Notes: generated by a model from the sequence alone, not told the origin. A stretch of DNA of 64,000 nt from Nitrosopumilaceae archaeon (GCA_965208905.1 OZ242365.1:448001-512000), one strand, 5' to 3'. Counted from the first letter of the stretch, positions 11,391 to 22,644 are shown. Made by a program: numbers and translations.

Positions 11391-11518
11391 TAATCATTTC
11401 GACTTCTCAACTTATTTAAGTATAAAGTAAAATAATTGATATAAAAAAAAACTTAATATATATTATAATTAAAATATATTATAATGAAATATAGTTTTCA
11501 ATATATGGTGATGTAGAT

Positions 11519-12196
11519 ATGAACAAATTTGGTCTAGCAATATTCGAACGGTTAAAGACGCAAAGAGACAAGATGACAGTTAGGGCGTGGCGGCAGAGAT
11601 ATGTCATACGTATACTAGCGGAGAGTTCCGACCCTGCCAACAGAACACGCATTGGCCTAGCCAAGAATATAGCACAAGCCGACAATCTCCGATGGCAGAC
11701 CGTCTATCCTGGGATATTCAACGATATAGATAACATAATGAAACCATTAGAGTTGATTAAGGAGAGTGGTCGTCTACCCACAAAGCGGGGTCCCCGAATA
11801 GTTCAAGAACAGGGTAGTCCGTACTATGAACTCACAAAGAAGGGCGCAATAGTGGCACTGTCTGTCCGGGAGGTTACCGGACGCGAGTCACTGATGAGGC
11901 AGATACTCTCCGATGGTGATGTGGCAAACGAGAACGTATTAAAGATACTCTCAGAGCAGAGTCCTCTACTCCTGAGCTATATGATGGAGCGGTATGTAGA
12001 GGCGTGGTGTGAGCAGAAGATAGATCTCTTACCCCTTGATCTCAAGAAACTATCTCGCTTAAAAGATGAACCACTTTTAATCTGTTATAACCTACTAGAG
12101 GGTTTTGTAACTTTAGAGTACAGACCACGCAAAGAGATGTTACAATTTTTCTCTAATGTTGTTGATAGAGAGGGAACCTCTCCCAAAGTTGGATGA
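11519..12196 (+). CDS. Hypothetical protein, probably winged-helix, divergent from amt
   Basis: 225-aa ORF; PYYELTKKG wing-like motif. Confidence 0.6.
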   Translation: MNKFGLAIFERLKTQRDKMTVRAWRQRYVIRILAESSDPANRTRIGLAKNIAQADNLRWQTVYPGIFNDIDNIMKPLELIKESGRLPTKRGPRIVQEQGSPYYELTKKGAIVALSVREVTGRESLMRQILSDGDVANENVLKILSEQSPLLLSYMMERYVEAWCEQKIDLLPLDLKKLSRLKDEPLLICYNLLEGFVTLEYRPRKEMLQFFSNVVDREGTSPKVG

Positions 12197-12479
12197 TCTA
12201 AATTGCATAATATATACAACTAGCACAGGCACTTTGTACCAGCATAAAATTGGCGGAGATGAAACTGTAATACTGCGTCAAGCTGTATTCGTGGCAAAAC
12301 AGATGATATAACAGTCGACAAAATATAGGATCATTTCAGAATACTTCCTTTCATCCATCACGTATATCAGGGAAAGGAGTTCAACTCTATGATATGTGAA
12401 CTCTGACTTGCACAGATCACTTTTGGTTTGACGAATGGATATCAAACATTAAAATTAACTGAACCGCTCAGCGCAATAC

Positions 12480-13523
12480 ATGGGCAATGTCAAGAACGTT
12501 TACGCATCGGTCAAGTCATACAGTCAAAGAGGTAAATTACTTGGCAAAGAGGACTATCAGACACTGGCCGAATCACGAAATTTAGATGAACTGATAACCC
12601 GCTTAAGAAATACAAAGTATGAGTCAGTCATAACTGATACCCCAAAACCATACACTGCGCATGGTATAGAGTCGGTGATTCGCGGCCATCTAGCATCATT
12701 ACATTATGGTATAGCAAGGACTGCAGGTAAATCTCCCATATTAGATGCATACTATATGAGATTCATAGTTACGAATCTTAAGGCCATATTGAAGGGTAAG
12801 GTTTTGGGTAAGGCGCAGGAGGACATAGAGTCCTATATCAATCTGCGCGCCGAGGAGCTCTTGAAGCAACGCGACATTGTGATAAAAGCACTTGTGGCAA
12901 AGGATTTGGAGGAGGCTGTAGCCAGCTTGAGTTCAACAAAGTTTGGAGAGGATGTATCCCGCGCCGCCGCCGCGTATGCGGAGGTTGGGAATATACAGGT
13001 ATTTGACACATACTTTGACAAGATAGTCTATCAACACTTGGGTCGGGCATTACGGAAATCTCGAGACTGGAACGTGATAAAGATAGTATCTCCAGATATT
13101 GACTCTTATAATCTACTGAGCGTCATTAGAGGAAAGTTTTGGGGATTGGATGAGTCCATAATGGAAGATTTGGTGGTCACACCCACATCATCTGCCCCCA
13201 AAGATTTACTATCTAAAATGATGGTGGCCGGAACTGTACGCGATGCGCTCAACGAAGTGTCCAACTCCAGATATAAGCACCTGATACCACAAGTGGAGAA
13301 CGAGATGGATGCGGTAGCAGAGTTTGAGCGAGCACTGGAGAGAGAGATTTATGCAGCATCCATCAAGTCATTTACCAAGATGTTCAGTTTTGCCACTATA
13401 ATCGGCATAACCAAACTGACCGGTTACGAGATCAGAAATCTGGCAGCGATATCCTTTGCTGTGGAACAGAATATAGATCCCAAAATAGTGATGTCAAAAC
13501 TTATACTGTCTACCAAAGAATGA
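12480..13523 (+). CDS. atpC: A-type ATP synthase subunit C (AC39-like)
   Basis: Y..VK...GKLL..EDY..LAES, NLKAILKGK, YEIRNLAAI motifs. Confidence 0.85.
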   Translation: MGNVKNVYASVKSYSQRGKLLGKEDYQTLAESRNLDELITRLRNTKYESVITDTPKPYTAHGIESVIRGHLASLHYGIARTAGKSPILDAYYMRFIVTNLKAILKGKVLGKAQEDIESYINLRAEELLKQRDIVIKALVAKDLEEAVASLSSTKFGEDVSRAAAAYAEVGNIQVFDTYFDKIVYQHLGRALRKSRDWNVIKIVSPDIDSYNLLSVIRGKFWGLDESIMEDLVVTPTSSAPKDLLSKMMVAGTVRDALNEVSNSRYKHLIPQVENEMDAVAEFERALEREIYAASIKSFTKMFSFATIIGITKLTGYEIRNLAAISFAVEQNIDPKIVMSKLILSTKE

Positions 13524-13615
13524 TTCTTTCTAGGTATATCTGGACTCCGGGGGTTTTATACTAGTGGGCACACCCAACCACCAATAATATATTATAACAC
13601 AATCTTGCATTATAT

Positions 13616-14314
13616 GTGAACCAGCGCATACTGCCCATATTTCCAGTAAATGTAGTCTTGTTTCCCCGACAAGAACTATCATTGAACATATTTGAACCGC
13701 GCTATAAGCAGATGGTGGAAGACTGCATGTTGGGTGATGGACTCTTTGGTGTCTGTCTTGCTGATGAGGGGAATGTGGCCGGCTGGCAGTCTCCTTGTAG
13801 CGTGGGTACAATCACCAAGATAATTCGATGCAGAGACCCAAATCTGGACGGACTGAATATACATATAGACACGATGGGGCGGAGCAGGTTTCACATACAA
13901 AAGATAATTCCGCCCTCTGTTGCCCTACCTCCAGATTATGATCCAGATACGCTGGAGGGACATCAACGATTCTTTGAGACTTACGACTCTTCAAAGCCTG
14001 GCAAGATGTACATACAAGCCAGCGTCGATATTATACCGGATATAGATCAAAACATATCCGAGTCACAGTGGAAGCATATGGTAAAGTCCTGGAAGAAGAT
14101 GATTCAACACACCTCTGAAAAATGGGTGGACTTTCAATCATTAGATTTACTACTACAACATTATGATATGCTGACTGATATGCCTACATTAGAGTATGTA
14201 TATGCCCTAGCGGCGCTAGGCTCTTCGGGCCCCCAAGACTTACAACCCATACTAGAGGCCAGGACACTTGATGCATTGGTACAACGAGTAGAGGGTCTCT
14301 TGGAGGTCAAGTAG
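13616..14314 (+). CDS. LON peptidase substrate-binding domain protein
   Basis: LPIFPVNVVLFP...LNIFEPRYKQMVEDC...FGVC. Confidence 0.85.
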   Translation: MNQRILPIFPVNVVLFPRQELSLNIFEPRYKQMVEDCMLGDGLFGVCLADEGNVAGWQSPCSVGTITKIIRCRDPNLDGLNIHIDTMGRSRFHIQKIIPPSVALPPDYDPDTLEGHQRFFETYDSSKPGKMYIQASVDIIPDIDQNISESQWKHMVKSWKKMIQHTSEKWVDFQSLDLLLQHYDMLTDMPTLEYVYALAALGSSGPQDLQPILEARTLDALVQRVEGLLEVK

Positions 14315-15643
14315 TTGCACATTATACTCTTGGGACTGCTTGTTGTTGGTGTAGTTCCTCTAGCGTATGGCCACGGACTTGGTTTTGACAGTCTGACAGT
14401 AAATATTGATGGTACCTCGTATGATATGACCGCCGAGATGCCGACAGAACTTGATGATAATTCTGGACGTCTCACTATTACAATCAGTCATACATCTGAA
14501 GATGAAATATCTGATGCTGTACTGTGGCTGGGAATTATACACTCAGATCAATATGTCTTTCAAGATACATTTCAGGCCCACAATGGTGTAGCTACACTGG
14601 ACATCAGCCATACAACAGATGACACTGTTGTGGATGCGCAGCGCCGTGATGGTGTTGTATTGGCTGATGCAGATGGTGTTACAGTTCGTGGCCCACTATT
14701 TGATGTTGGTGGTTTATACACAATACATATCCGCCCAGTATCAATAGACGGACAAAACATAGTTGATGATACAATACATACTTTAGACCTACTAGTCCTT
14801 GATGAGGCAACCCATAACAGTGTAGGGGCAGATGATCAGAGTATACAATTCACCACAAAGTCATACTTTGATCGTATATCCAACTTCCAATATAATGCTG
14901 ATTTGGGAATAGTGACATTTGAGATGCCCTTTGATTGGTCAGCGTCTCGTATATCTCATATTCCGGTAATACATCAGGAGGTTCATTTTCCCAAAGATTT
15001 GGATGAATTTGTAACCCGGGGCTATATAGGAGAGATAAACAATGTCACGCTATTTCGTTCATCGGTTACCGTAGACGACTTTACCACTATTGGAGAGCGA
15101 ACAGTACACTTTGTCTTACTACAGGATCATATTAACATAATAAAATCACAGATGTCAAGGTCGCAGGACACACTTCCTAATACAATGATATTTACACTTG
15201 AAAAGACTCAGGATATTCGTAGCCAGCTAAGCGCCTTCTCTCGTAATGGTGACTTTCAAGTTGACATGACATGGGAGCCTGAAGTTGTACTCCCTGATCA
15301 GAAAACTAAATTCATCTTTACCATACGTGATGCCTACACGGGCGAGACCATTAGAAACTCTGCTTATGATTTTATGATAATACAAGATAATGACACACTA
15401 TACAAACAGTCAGGTGTGGCTCAGATTGGTGGTGACTTTCAAGAGTTCACATTCTCTGAAGAGCAGGGTGGTACCGCCACCATAAAGATAGATAATATTC
15501 GTGGGACTGATCAGAGTGTAGAGTTCTACTTTGTTGTAGCTCCTGAATTTGGTGTCTTCTTCGTATTGATTGTATCGATAATATCTCTGTTGATACTTAC
15601 ACGTGGTGTATTGCCATCTACTCAATTATCTAAAGTGCAATAA
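14315..15643 (+). CDS. Secreted PEFG-CTERM surface protein
   Basis: Signal peptide; C-terminal VAPEFG followed by a hydrophobic TM segment. Confidence 0.8.
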   Translation: MHIILLGLLVVGVVPLAYGHGLGFDSLTVNIDGTSYDMTAEMPTELDDNSGRLTITISHTSEDEISDAVLWLGIIHSDQYVFQDTFQAHNGVATLDISHTTDDTVVDAQRRDGVVLADADGVTVRGPLFDVGGLYTIHIRPVSIDGQNIVDDTIHTLDLLVLDEATHNSVGADDQSIQFTTKSYFDRISNFQYNADLGIVTFEMPFDWSASRISHIPVIHQEVHFPKDLDEFVTRGYIGEINNVTLFRSSVTVDDFTTIGERTVHFVLLQDHINIIKSQMSRSQDTLPNTMIFTLEKTQDIRSQLSAFSRNGDFQVDMTWEPEVVLPDQKTKFIFTIRDAYTGETIRNSAYDFMIIQDNDTLYKQSGVAQIGGDFQEFTFSEEQGGTATIKIDNIRGTDQSVEFYFVVAPEFGVFFVLIVSIISLLILTRGVLPSTQLSKVQ

Positions 15644-15999
15644 ATTTAGCAGAGGGCTATACGTAATAGCTGATTTATTGAATATGCCAGCATGGTCGGA
15701 GAATTACACTCCTTAACATCATGCGGCTGTTAGAGAGCCGTAGTGCAGATGCCGAATGGCATCTGTCGGGGGCGCACAAACTGGAACGCCAGAATTCCGT
15801 CGGCGGTGAACCGATGGGCTGTACCGGGGTGGGCGGTGCCGGCCAGAACGGGCCGGGACCACCCAATGCTGCCAAGTTGTGCAATTACGCATAAACTCTC
15901 ATTGAAGTTATGAAAGAACACACACTCAATCTTGCTGATCATCATCCAACTTTAAGTAAGTAACATTTCGAGAGAAGTCATATTAGGTGAGATATATCT

Positions 16000-16386
16000 A
16001 TGTGTACCATGCAATGGAGCATCAAACTACCAAAATATACCAAAGAACTATTTCCAGAGTGGTTTGAGGAGACTTGGATGGGTCATTTGAATGGCGCACA
16101 TAAACAGTATAGGTATGGTAAGATGCACATACTAGAGTACGAAGACCATTTTGATGTACATATTGATGCGGTCGACCCTCGTAGTAATCCTGTGAGACAT
16201 GCAATACAGGATGCACCCGAAGTTATAGTTGGAGCCAGTTGCGGCACCTTGGGTGGATTATACATGGGCAAGAAGATGTACCAGTATACCAACTCAAAAG
16301 TGGGTAGCGCAGTGCTAGGTTTGGCAGTGGGTGGTGCCTGCTTTGTGGCTGGCATGAAAGTTGCTAAATGGCTAGGTGAGAGATAG
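16000..16386 (+). CDS. Hypothetical membrane protein
   Basis: 128-aa ORF with His-rich N-half and two Gly-rich hydrophobic segments. Confidence 0.6.
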   Translation: MCTMQWSIKLPKYTKELFPEWFEETWMGHLNGAHKQYRYGKMHILEYEDHFDVHIDAVDPRSNPVRHAIQDAPEVIVGASCGTLGGLYMGKKMYQYTNSKVGSAVLGLAVGGACFVAGMKVAKWLGER

Positions 16387-17908
16387 ACTGCTCATCATTC
16401 GTACACTGGAAGTTTTATTCAAACTACTACCGGTAATTTTGTATTTAAGACGTGATCGAAAACAATGGTCTCGAGGAAAGAACAATCTAAACACATACAA
16501 AAGTCATGCCCGGCGAGCTCTCTTGGCATTTACGACACTAGGCCCGGTCTATATCAAACTAGGCCAATGGCTCTCTGCCCGGGCTGATATACTCCCACAG
16601 CCATACATGGAAGAGTTGGCAAAGCTGCAGGATGATGTACCCGCCGCCCCTTTTGATCAAGTCAAACCAATAATAGAAGAGAGTGTGGGTGTTATCCAGG
16701 ATACATTTGATGACTTTAATACGACTCCAATATCTGGAGCTTCGCTGGGCCAAGTGTATAGAGCCACATTGGATGGCAAAGAGGTAGCAGTCAAAGTACG
16801 TCGTCCTAAAATAGAACAGATTGTCGCCAAAGATGTTGCCGTACTAAAACGGGTACTGCCCGCCGTACTATCCTTTGTGGATCCAAACCTACGGTTCTCT
16901 GGTAAAGCCATGTTGGCTCAATTTATAGAGTCCATACACGAGGAGATGGACTACACATTAGAGTCCAAAAATCTATTGACCGTTCGAAGTAACATGGCCG
17001 AGAACAAAAAGGTGTTAATACCAACGGTATACCAGAACCACTCCACTGAGACTGTTCTGGTTATGGAGTATCTACCTGGAATCAAGATTACTGATATTGA
17101 GTCTTTGGATGCAGCGGGTATAGACCGTCATCGACTAGTCGCAGATATACATAGGGTCTTTTTTACAATGTTGCTGCGATACTCGGTCTTTCATGCAGAT
17201 CCACACCCTGGTAACATATCTGTTACTTCAGATGGCAGAATCATTCTATACGATTTTGGGATGATTGGCAGGCTAGACCCAAAGACCCGCCTGCGATTGA
17301 TTCGACTGTATCTGGCGCTGGTAGAGAGAGATCCTCCTAGAACCGTTAATGCCATGGATGACTTGGGCATGCTGGCTCCCGGATATAACAGAAGTATAAT
17401 GGAGAAGGCCATCAGAATGACCGTAGATGCCATGCACGGACAAAAGCCTGATGAGATGGAGGTTCGTAGCCTTCTGGAGCTGGCCAACCGTACAATGAGC
17501 AAATTTCCGTTTTTACTACCCAAGAACTTGGCATTATACATGAGAATGGCCTCTATAATAGAGGGCATATACAAGACACATAAGGTGGACTTTAGGTTTG
17601 TTCCGGTCCTTCGGGATATACTGCAACAAGAGAATCTGGCACAGGATGGCTACATGGAAGAAGTAAAGAACATGATACAGCGTATCATAAAATCTCTGGA
17701 TGCTGTCATATCATTGGGTCCAGACATACGACAATTCCTAGACGAGTACCAACCAAGACGGAGTAATGGACGCTTGATTGCTGGGAGTATATTTGCCTCT
17801 GTGGTGTTTTTTGGTTCCACACTAATCTATTTGGGCGGTAACAGTGAAGGCATGCTGGGAATGGCATTATCCATAATTATACTGTGGATCTTTGCAAGAA
17901 AGTCATGA
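16376..17908 (+). CDS. ABC1/UbiB/AarF family atypical kinase
   Basis: LGPVYIKLGQ, ASLGQVYRA, VAVKVRRP, FHADPHPGN, DFGMIG. Confidence 0.93.
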   Translation: MRDRLLIIRTLEVLFKLLPVILYLRRDRKQWSRGKNNLNTYKSHARRALLAFTTLGPVYIKLGQWLSARADILPQPYMEELAKLQDDVPAAPFDQVKPIIEESVGVIQDTFDDFNTTPISGASLGQVYRATLDGKEVAVKVRRPKIEQIVAKDVAVLKRVLPAVLSFVDPNLRFSGKAMLAQFIESIHEEMDYTLESKNLLTVRSNMAENKKVLIPTVYQNHSTETVLVMEYLPGIKITDIESLDAAGIDRHRLVADIHRVFFTMLLRYSVFHADPHPGNISVTSDGRIILYDFGMIGRLDPKTRLRLIRLYLALVERDPPRTVNAMDDLGMLAPGYNRSIMEKAIRMTVDAMHGQKPDEMEVRSLLELANRTMSKFPFLLPKNLALYMRMASIIEGIYKTHKVDFRFVPVLRDILQQENLAQDGYMEEVKNMIQRIIKSLDAVISLGPDIRQFLDEYQPRRSNGRLIAGSIFASVVFFGSTLIYLGGNSEGMLGMALSIIILWIFARKS

Positions 17909-18364
17909 TATTGTGATGTCTTTACCACTCTCAGGTATGGGTATATTCAACACTAATACTCCATCCTGCAGTGTGGTTGGACATTCGGGCTCTTCACCGG
18001 ATTTTATACTGGCAGGAATCTTTATGCGCGTCTCAACGCTATCGGGCCTCTGCCGATATATTGTAGTTGCACCTGCCTCTTTACGAGTCCTCTTGGCACT
18101 CACCTGTAATGTATTACCATCAAGCTTTACCTTGATGTCTTCTTTGTTAAATCCAGGCAGGTCAATACTAACCATTATGGTATTGTTCTCTTTCTGCATA
18201 TCTGTTGCTGGCATTACATACGAGTAGAACTCTTGCGCCTTGCTGCCAACTCCTTGCTCAAACTCTCTTCCCATAAACTTTACAATCTGGGGCAAGAAAC
18301 CACAACCTGTCTTCTTCTCCATATTATCTCCAGCCTCTTTGGCTGCCTCCTGTATGACTCCCAC
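17903..18364 (-). CDS. Small heat shock protein (Hsp20)
   Basis: IDLPGFNKEDIKV...LQDGVLVLNIP alpha-crystallin motifs. Confidence 0.88.
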   Translation of the reverse strand: MGVIQEAAKEAGDNMEKKTGCGFLPQIVKFMGREFEQGVGSKAQEFYSYVMPATDMQKENNTIMVSIDLPGFNKEDIKVKLDGNTLQVSAKRTRKEAGATTIYRQRPDSVETRIKIPASIKSGEEPECPTTLQDGVLVLNIPIPESGKDITIS

Positions 18365-18413
18365 GTTTAATATAGTATAATTTTTTGGTTATAAACCTGA
18401 CTATAATCGGTTT

Positions 18414-18447
18414 GGGAATTGTATACATAGTTTACAGAACTCTGTAT
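18414..18447 (+). mobile_element. Orphan transposon end (GGGAATT-type TIR) at the left edge of the accessory island
   Basis: 34 bp matching the reverse complement of 56869-56902 at 32/34; first 14 bp match the tnpB-element TIR at 13/14. Confidence 0.7.
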
Positions 18448-18604
18448 GCCTGCTTGAGTACACCTTCTACAACCCCATAAGCGATAGGTATGCCAAAATA
18501 CTAGGCTAGTTTGGAGGCTACTCTCTCAGATCTGAACAAGTACAATTTCAACCGGGTTTGATCTGTTCATATTACTATATATACTAGAATAACACCTGTA
18601 TGGC

Positions 18605-21600
18605 ATGTCGGCACTACCGTTGCCCACCTCAGTCATTATGTCCGCTGTGCTTGTCTTGCTTGCGGTGATGATGATGCCTACGGTTGCATTGGCCCAGTCG
18701 GAGGGCGTGGTAGACGTGCAGGCCACCTTTGATGCACTTGATGAACCAAGATGGATATCTACAACCACCACCGAATCGGGCAGTACGTACGCCTTGGTGG
18801 CAAGCTTTCTGGACAACGCCGTCCAAGTGATAGACGTGACAGATCCAACTAACCCGATACCAGTTGCCAGCCTGCGGGACGGAGAAGACGGCTTTGAGGC
18901 GCTTGCAGGTCCGTTCGATATAGATATTGTTACCTCATCTGGAACCACATATGTTCTAGTGGCAAGCTATCTGGATAACGCCGTCCAAGTGATAGATATG
19001 AGCGACCCGACCTCACCTATACCTGTGACTGCTATTCAAGATGGAGTGGACGGCTTTGAGGAGCTGGCAGCAGCAATTAGCCTAGCGATAGTCAACACAC
19101 AGAGCAACACATACGCCCTGGTGGCGAGCTTTGAAGACGATGGCATCCAGGTGATAGACATGACTAATCCGGCCGCTCCTTTGCCGGCTGGCGCCATAAT
19201 CGATGGCGAGAACGGCTTTGATCTGGTCAAACCATCACATATAGACATTACCACAATATCTGATCGCACCTATGCCTTGGTAACAAGTTATGCGAGAAGC
19301 TATGTCCAAATAATCGATGTGACCGACCCGAATGCCCCGTCATTGGTGGCCATCATACAAGATGACGAGGGCGGTTTTGAGGCCCTCCAAACCGTAAGCC
19401 GTGTAGAGGTTGTTGCCGCATCAGGCAGCACGTACGTACTGGCATCTGGCTATGCAGACAACGCCATCCAAGTGATAGACGTGACTAATCCGGCCAACCC
19501 CTTGCCGGCAGGTGTCCTAGCTGATGGCGAAGATGGCTTTGACGGACTTGAAGGTGCAAGCAGCATGACCACCATCACGGTGTCTGACCGCACTTATGTG
19601 CTGGTAGCGAGTTACTTGGATGATGCTATACAGGTAATCGATGTGACAGATCCATCGGCACCAGTAGCGGTAACCGTCATCTATGATGTACAGGATGCAC
19701 CGGCCGTAGACCTTGGTGTAATGGACTCAGCAGTGGACCCGCTCACTATCCCAGACAGGTTTGATATTAGCGACATTGAAGCAAGGGTGGTGTCCGCGGT
19801 GACGGACGCGGTTCTCCGATATAATGTCGGTGGGGAAGATTCCTTTGAGGCCATGGAGATGCAGGTCAGGCATGCTCCCAGTACATTCGTCTTTAGCGCC
19901 GATGCAGGCAGTGTAGTTGCCCACAACGTAGATTCTAGTCTGGAAGGCACCTTCCGAACCACCCTCAGCCAGGCAGACAGGCCGCTGGATGTTATTCTAA
20001 ATGATATCTCGGTAAACGGTGGCACTTGGGTGAATCACATGTTCCCACATCCGGATACTAGCATAACCCAGCAAAAGCGCTCTTGGCTATACGAGCACGA
20101 CGGGTACATCTTTGGTTCTGGCTACTACCTGCACGACACAAGGGTCCAGGAACTGGTGGAAGGTGCAGTAGATAGATACAAGTCGGATGGAGCGGCAGCC
20201 TTTGATGGAGCTGTCTTGGCAGACGGTCCATCCATATTCGTTCATGTGGATAATACCTCGGACACACTACTCCACAACGCTGTCCAGTCATATGAGCAGA
20301 TCATCGGCGAGTTGGAGGTATACGGACACGCCTGGATATCATACATCTCTCAGAACCCCGGTGCAAACACGCAACAGACAACGCGCATGTGGCTGGAGAT
20401 GCATGATGAACACATCTTTGGTTCCGGCTATTACCTGCCAGACTCGCGTATCCAATCCCAAGTCGAGGGTGCCCGTCTTCTGTATCAGTCCAACAGCGAG
20501 GCCGCCTTTGAGATCATCACCCCGGAGGTGCCTGCCCACACGGATGCCCTCTATCCATTCATACTGAACTTTAACGACTCTAGGACCGTGGCCCACGGTG
20601 CTTTTCCGGCCAAGCTGGATAAGATACCGGTTACGTCCCTCCACCAGGCCGATAGGCCGTGGCCCCAGATTCAGGAAGAGATGCTCGCGGACGGAGATGC
20701 ATGGGCATCCTACGTCTTTATAAATCCGGATACCAATACCTTTCAGCTCAAGCGAAGCTACTTGCAGCTGCACGATGGATACACCTTCGCATCCGGCTAC
20801 TACCTCCCTGATGCCCGGGTGCAGGCAGTGGTAGACTTGGCCGTCGCCAGCTACAGGTCCATAGGTGAAGACGCGTTTGAGGCAATCAACCAAGGTACAG
20901 GATCACACGACGACTCTCACTATGCTACCGTTCTGACACAGACGGGCACAGTAGTAGCCAGCGGTGCCCCGCCGGGTTTCGTGGAGGATGTCGACGGACT
21001 TCCGGTGAGCGGCGACAGGGATTCATTGGCAGTTTATGAGGATCTGGCCGAAGACGGAAGCGCGTGGTTTGAGCTGCCAGTCACAAACCCAGCAACCGGT
21101 ACAGAACAGATTAAGCGCTCGTGGCTGTACCTGTACGACGATCTCCTCTTTACGTCCGGCTATTACATTCCAGAATCTGAGGCCCAGTCGGTGGTAGACC
21201 GCACCGTGTTCCTGTACGTGAACGAGGGTGAGGCTGCATTCGACATGATAACCCCCGAGGTGTCGGCAAGTACGGATGCCCTCTATCCGTTCGTGATGGA
21301 CTTTGCCACCTCAGAGACCGTTGCCCATGGAGCCTATCCACATCTAGTGGAAAAAGTACCGGCCACATCCCTCCACCAGGGAGCAAAAACGTGGCCTCAA
21401 ATTCAGGAAGAACTGCTAGCCAACGGCGGCACCTGGACATCATACGTCTTTGCAAACCCTGACACGGACACTACCCAAGACAAGCGCACGTGGCTGTACC
21501 TGCACGATGGATATGTATTCGCAGCCGGCTATTACATCCGAGACTCCCAAGTTCAAGCCATTGTTCATAATGCAATACTGACGTACCAGGCAGATCCAGA

Positions 21601-21922
21601 TAACGCGTTTGCGGCCATCGATGCCCTCTCCGAGGGAGATCCCACGGATACCTATCCGTTCGTCCTCAACGCGGAAACCTACGTGATCGAGGCCCATGGT
21701 GCCAACCCGGCCAGGAATGGCGATATCGGAGTGGCGCTCACCGAGGCTGACAGGACAGCTGAGGATATCTTGGCAGATCTAGAGGCTAATAGGGGCACGT
21801 GGTCCCACTACACGTTCGTGAACCCACTTACTGGTGAGGAAGAGCAAAAGCGTACGTGGCTGTCGCTGCACGACGGATACATATTCGGATCAGGCTACTA
21901 CAACTTTAATGTCACCAGATAA
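18605..21922 (+). CDS. Secreted protein with about six LVIVD-like beta-propeller repeats and six tandem single-Cache-like domains
   Basis: Signal peptide; repeats YALVASF.DNAVQVIDVTDP; six units ending KR(S/T)WL.LHDGY.FGSGYY. Confidence 0.75.
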   Translation: MSALPLPTSVIMSAVLVLLAVMMMPTVALAQSEGVVDVQATFDALDEPRWISTTTTESGSTYALVASFLDNAVQVIDVTDPTNPIPVASLRDGEDGFEALAGPFDIDIVTSSGTTYVLVASYLDNAVQVIDMSDPTSPIPVTAIQDGVDGFEELAAAISLAIVNTQSNTYALVASFEDDGIQVIDMTNPAAPLPAGAIIDGENGFDLVKPSHIDITTISDRTYALVTSYARSYVQIIDVTDPNAPSLVAIIQDDEGGFEALQTVSRVEVVAASGSTYVLASGYADNAIQVIDVTNPANPLPAGVLADGEDGFDGLEGASSMTTITVSDRTYVLVASYLDDAIQVIDVTDPSAPVAVTVIYDVQDAPAVDLGVMDSAVDPLTIPDRFDISDIEARVVSAVTDAVLRYNVGGEDSFEAMEMQVRHAPSTFVFSADAGSVVAHNVDSSLEGTFRTTLSQADRPLDVILNDISVNGGTWVNHMFPHPDTSITQQKRSWLYEHDGYIFGSGYYLHDTRVQELVEGAVDRYKSDGAAAFDGAVLADGPSIFVHVDNTSDTLLHNAVQSYEQIIGELEVYGHAWISYISQNPGANTQQTTRMWLEMHDEHIFGSGYYLPDSRIQSQVEGARLLYQSNSEAAFEIITPEVPAHTDALYPFILNFNDSRTVAHGAFPAKLDKIPVTSLHQADRPWPQIQEEMLADGDAWASYVFINPDTNTFQLKRSYLQLHDGYTFASGYYLPDARVQAVVDLAVASYRSIGEDAFEAINQGTGSHDDSHYATVLTQTGTVVASGAPPGFVEDVDGLPVSGDRDSLAVYEDLAEDGSAWFELPVTNPATGTEQIKRSWLYLYDDLLFTSGYYIPESEAQSVVDRTVFLYVNEGEAAFDMITPEVSASTDALYPFVMDFATSETVAHGAYPHLVEKVPATSLHQGAKTWPQIQEELLANGGTWTSYVFANPDTDTTQDKRTWLYLHDGYVFAAGYYIRDSQVQAIVHNAILTYQADPDNAFAAIDALSEGDPTDTYPFVLNAETYVIEAHGANPARNGDIGVALTEADRTAEDILADLEANRGTWSHYTFVNPLTGEEEQKRTWLSLHDGYIFGSGYYNFNVTR

Positions 21923-22001
21923 CTGCAAGATACCAAGTGTCGTCTGAACGACCACGTATTTCCGGAATCCGCACCTGTCCTTACAAGAAGAACCCCTCAT
22001 A

Positions 22002-22172
22002 GGTTCTGGGAAATCAACGGGACATGACATGTAGTGGGAAATTAGGGACATAAAAAATGAGGGATTAAGATGTTGATTCTGCGGCTGCTCGAATGAGGGT
22101 TAGGTACTTGCTATTGCCCTCGATAGTGATACCTGCGGCTTCCATGTCATGTCCCGTTGATTTCCCAGAACC
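22002..22172 (+). mobile_element. MITE copy 1 (171 bp, 30-bp TIR)
   Basis: TIR ggttctgggaaatcaacgggacatgacatg; flanks ccctcata | aatattgc. Confidence 0.95.
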
Positions 22173-22397
22173 AATATTGCGTAGAGTTTATAACGTAGTG
22201 TTGTGTCTTAAAAATGGTGTCAAGCGTCGTCCGTGCCGGTCCCGTAATGTTAATCAGTTCATGTACCGTCAATTATTTTACTGGTTAACGGCACCAATCA
22301 TCTTATATACTACAAATGTGTATGATACACGACGGCACATGAAAAGATGTTATATAATTAGGGTTATCGTAAAATTTGCTTTGGGGTGGTGCGCGTA

Positions 22398-22544
22398 ATG
22401 CCGCGCCGGCCCAAGTGGATACATGGCATGTGTGATACGTGCAGAGTTGCTGTATGGGTATTTGTTCGGCGAACCGCACACGGATATATCGTACTGGACA
22501 GTTGCGGCACGTGTGGTCATGCCGAGAGGGGAATTTTACGATGA
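22398..22544 (+). CDS. 48-aa Zn-ribbon protein
   Basis: Hand-translated MPRRPKWIHGMCDTC...SCGTCGHAERGILR; TAATG and ATGA coupling at the two ends. Confidence 0.65.
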   Translation: MPRRPKWIHGMCDTCRVAVWVFVRRTAHGYIVLDSCGTCGHAERGILR

Positions 22545-22644
22545 CGCCGGCACAGCGACAACGATACAATGAGGAGCGCAGCAATACTATAAACACCAGG
22601 AACCGCAAACGATACGCCGAAAGAAGACAACAGGAGCCAACACT

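Noticed and set aside
482-13523. Split ATP synthase cluster (divergent atpI, distant atpC, no obvious atpF) as a novelty
   Set aside because: As I recall, this layout with amt in between is the usual arrangement in Nitrosopumilus-like genomes.
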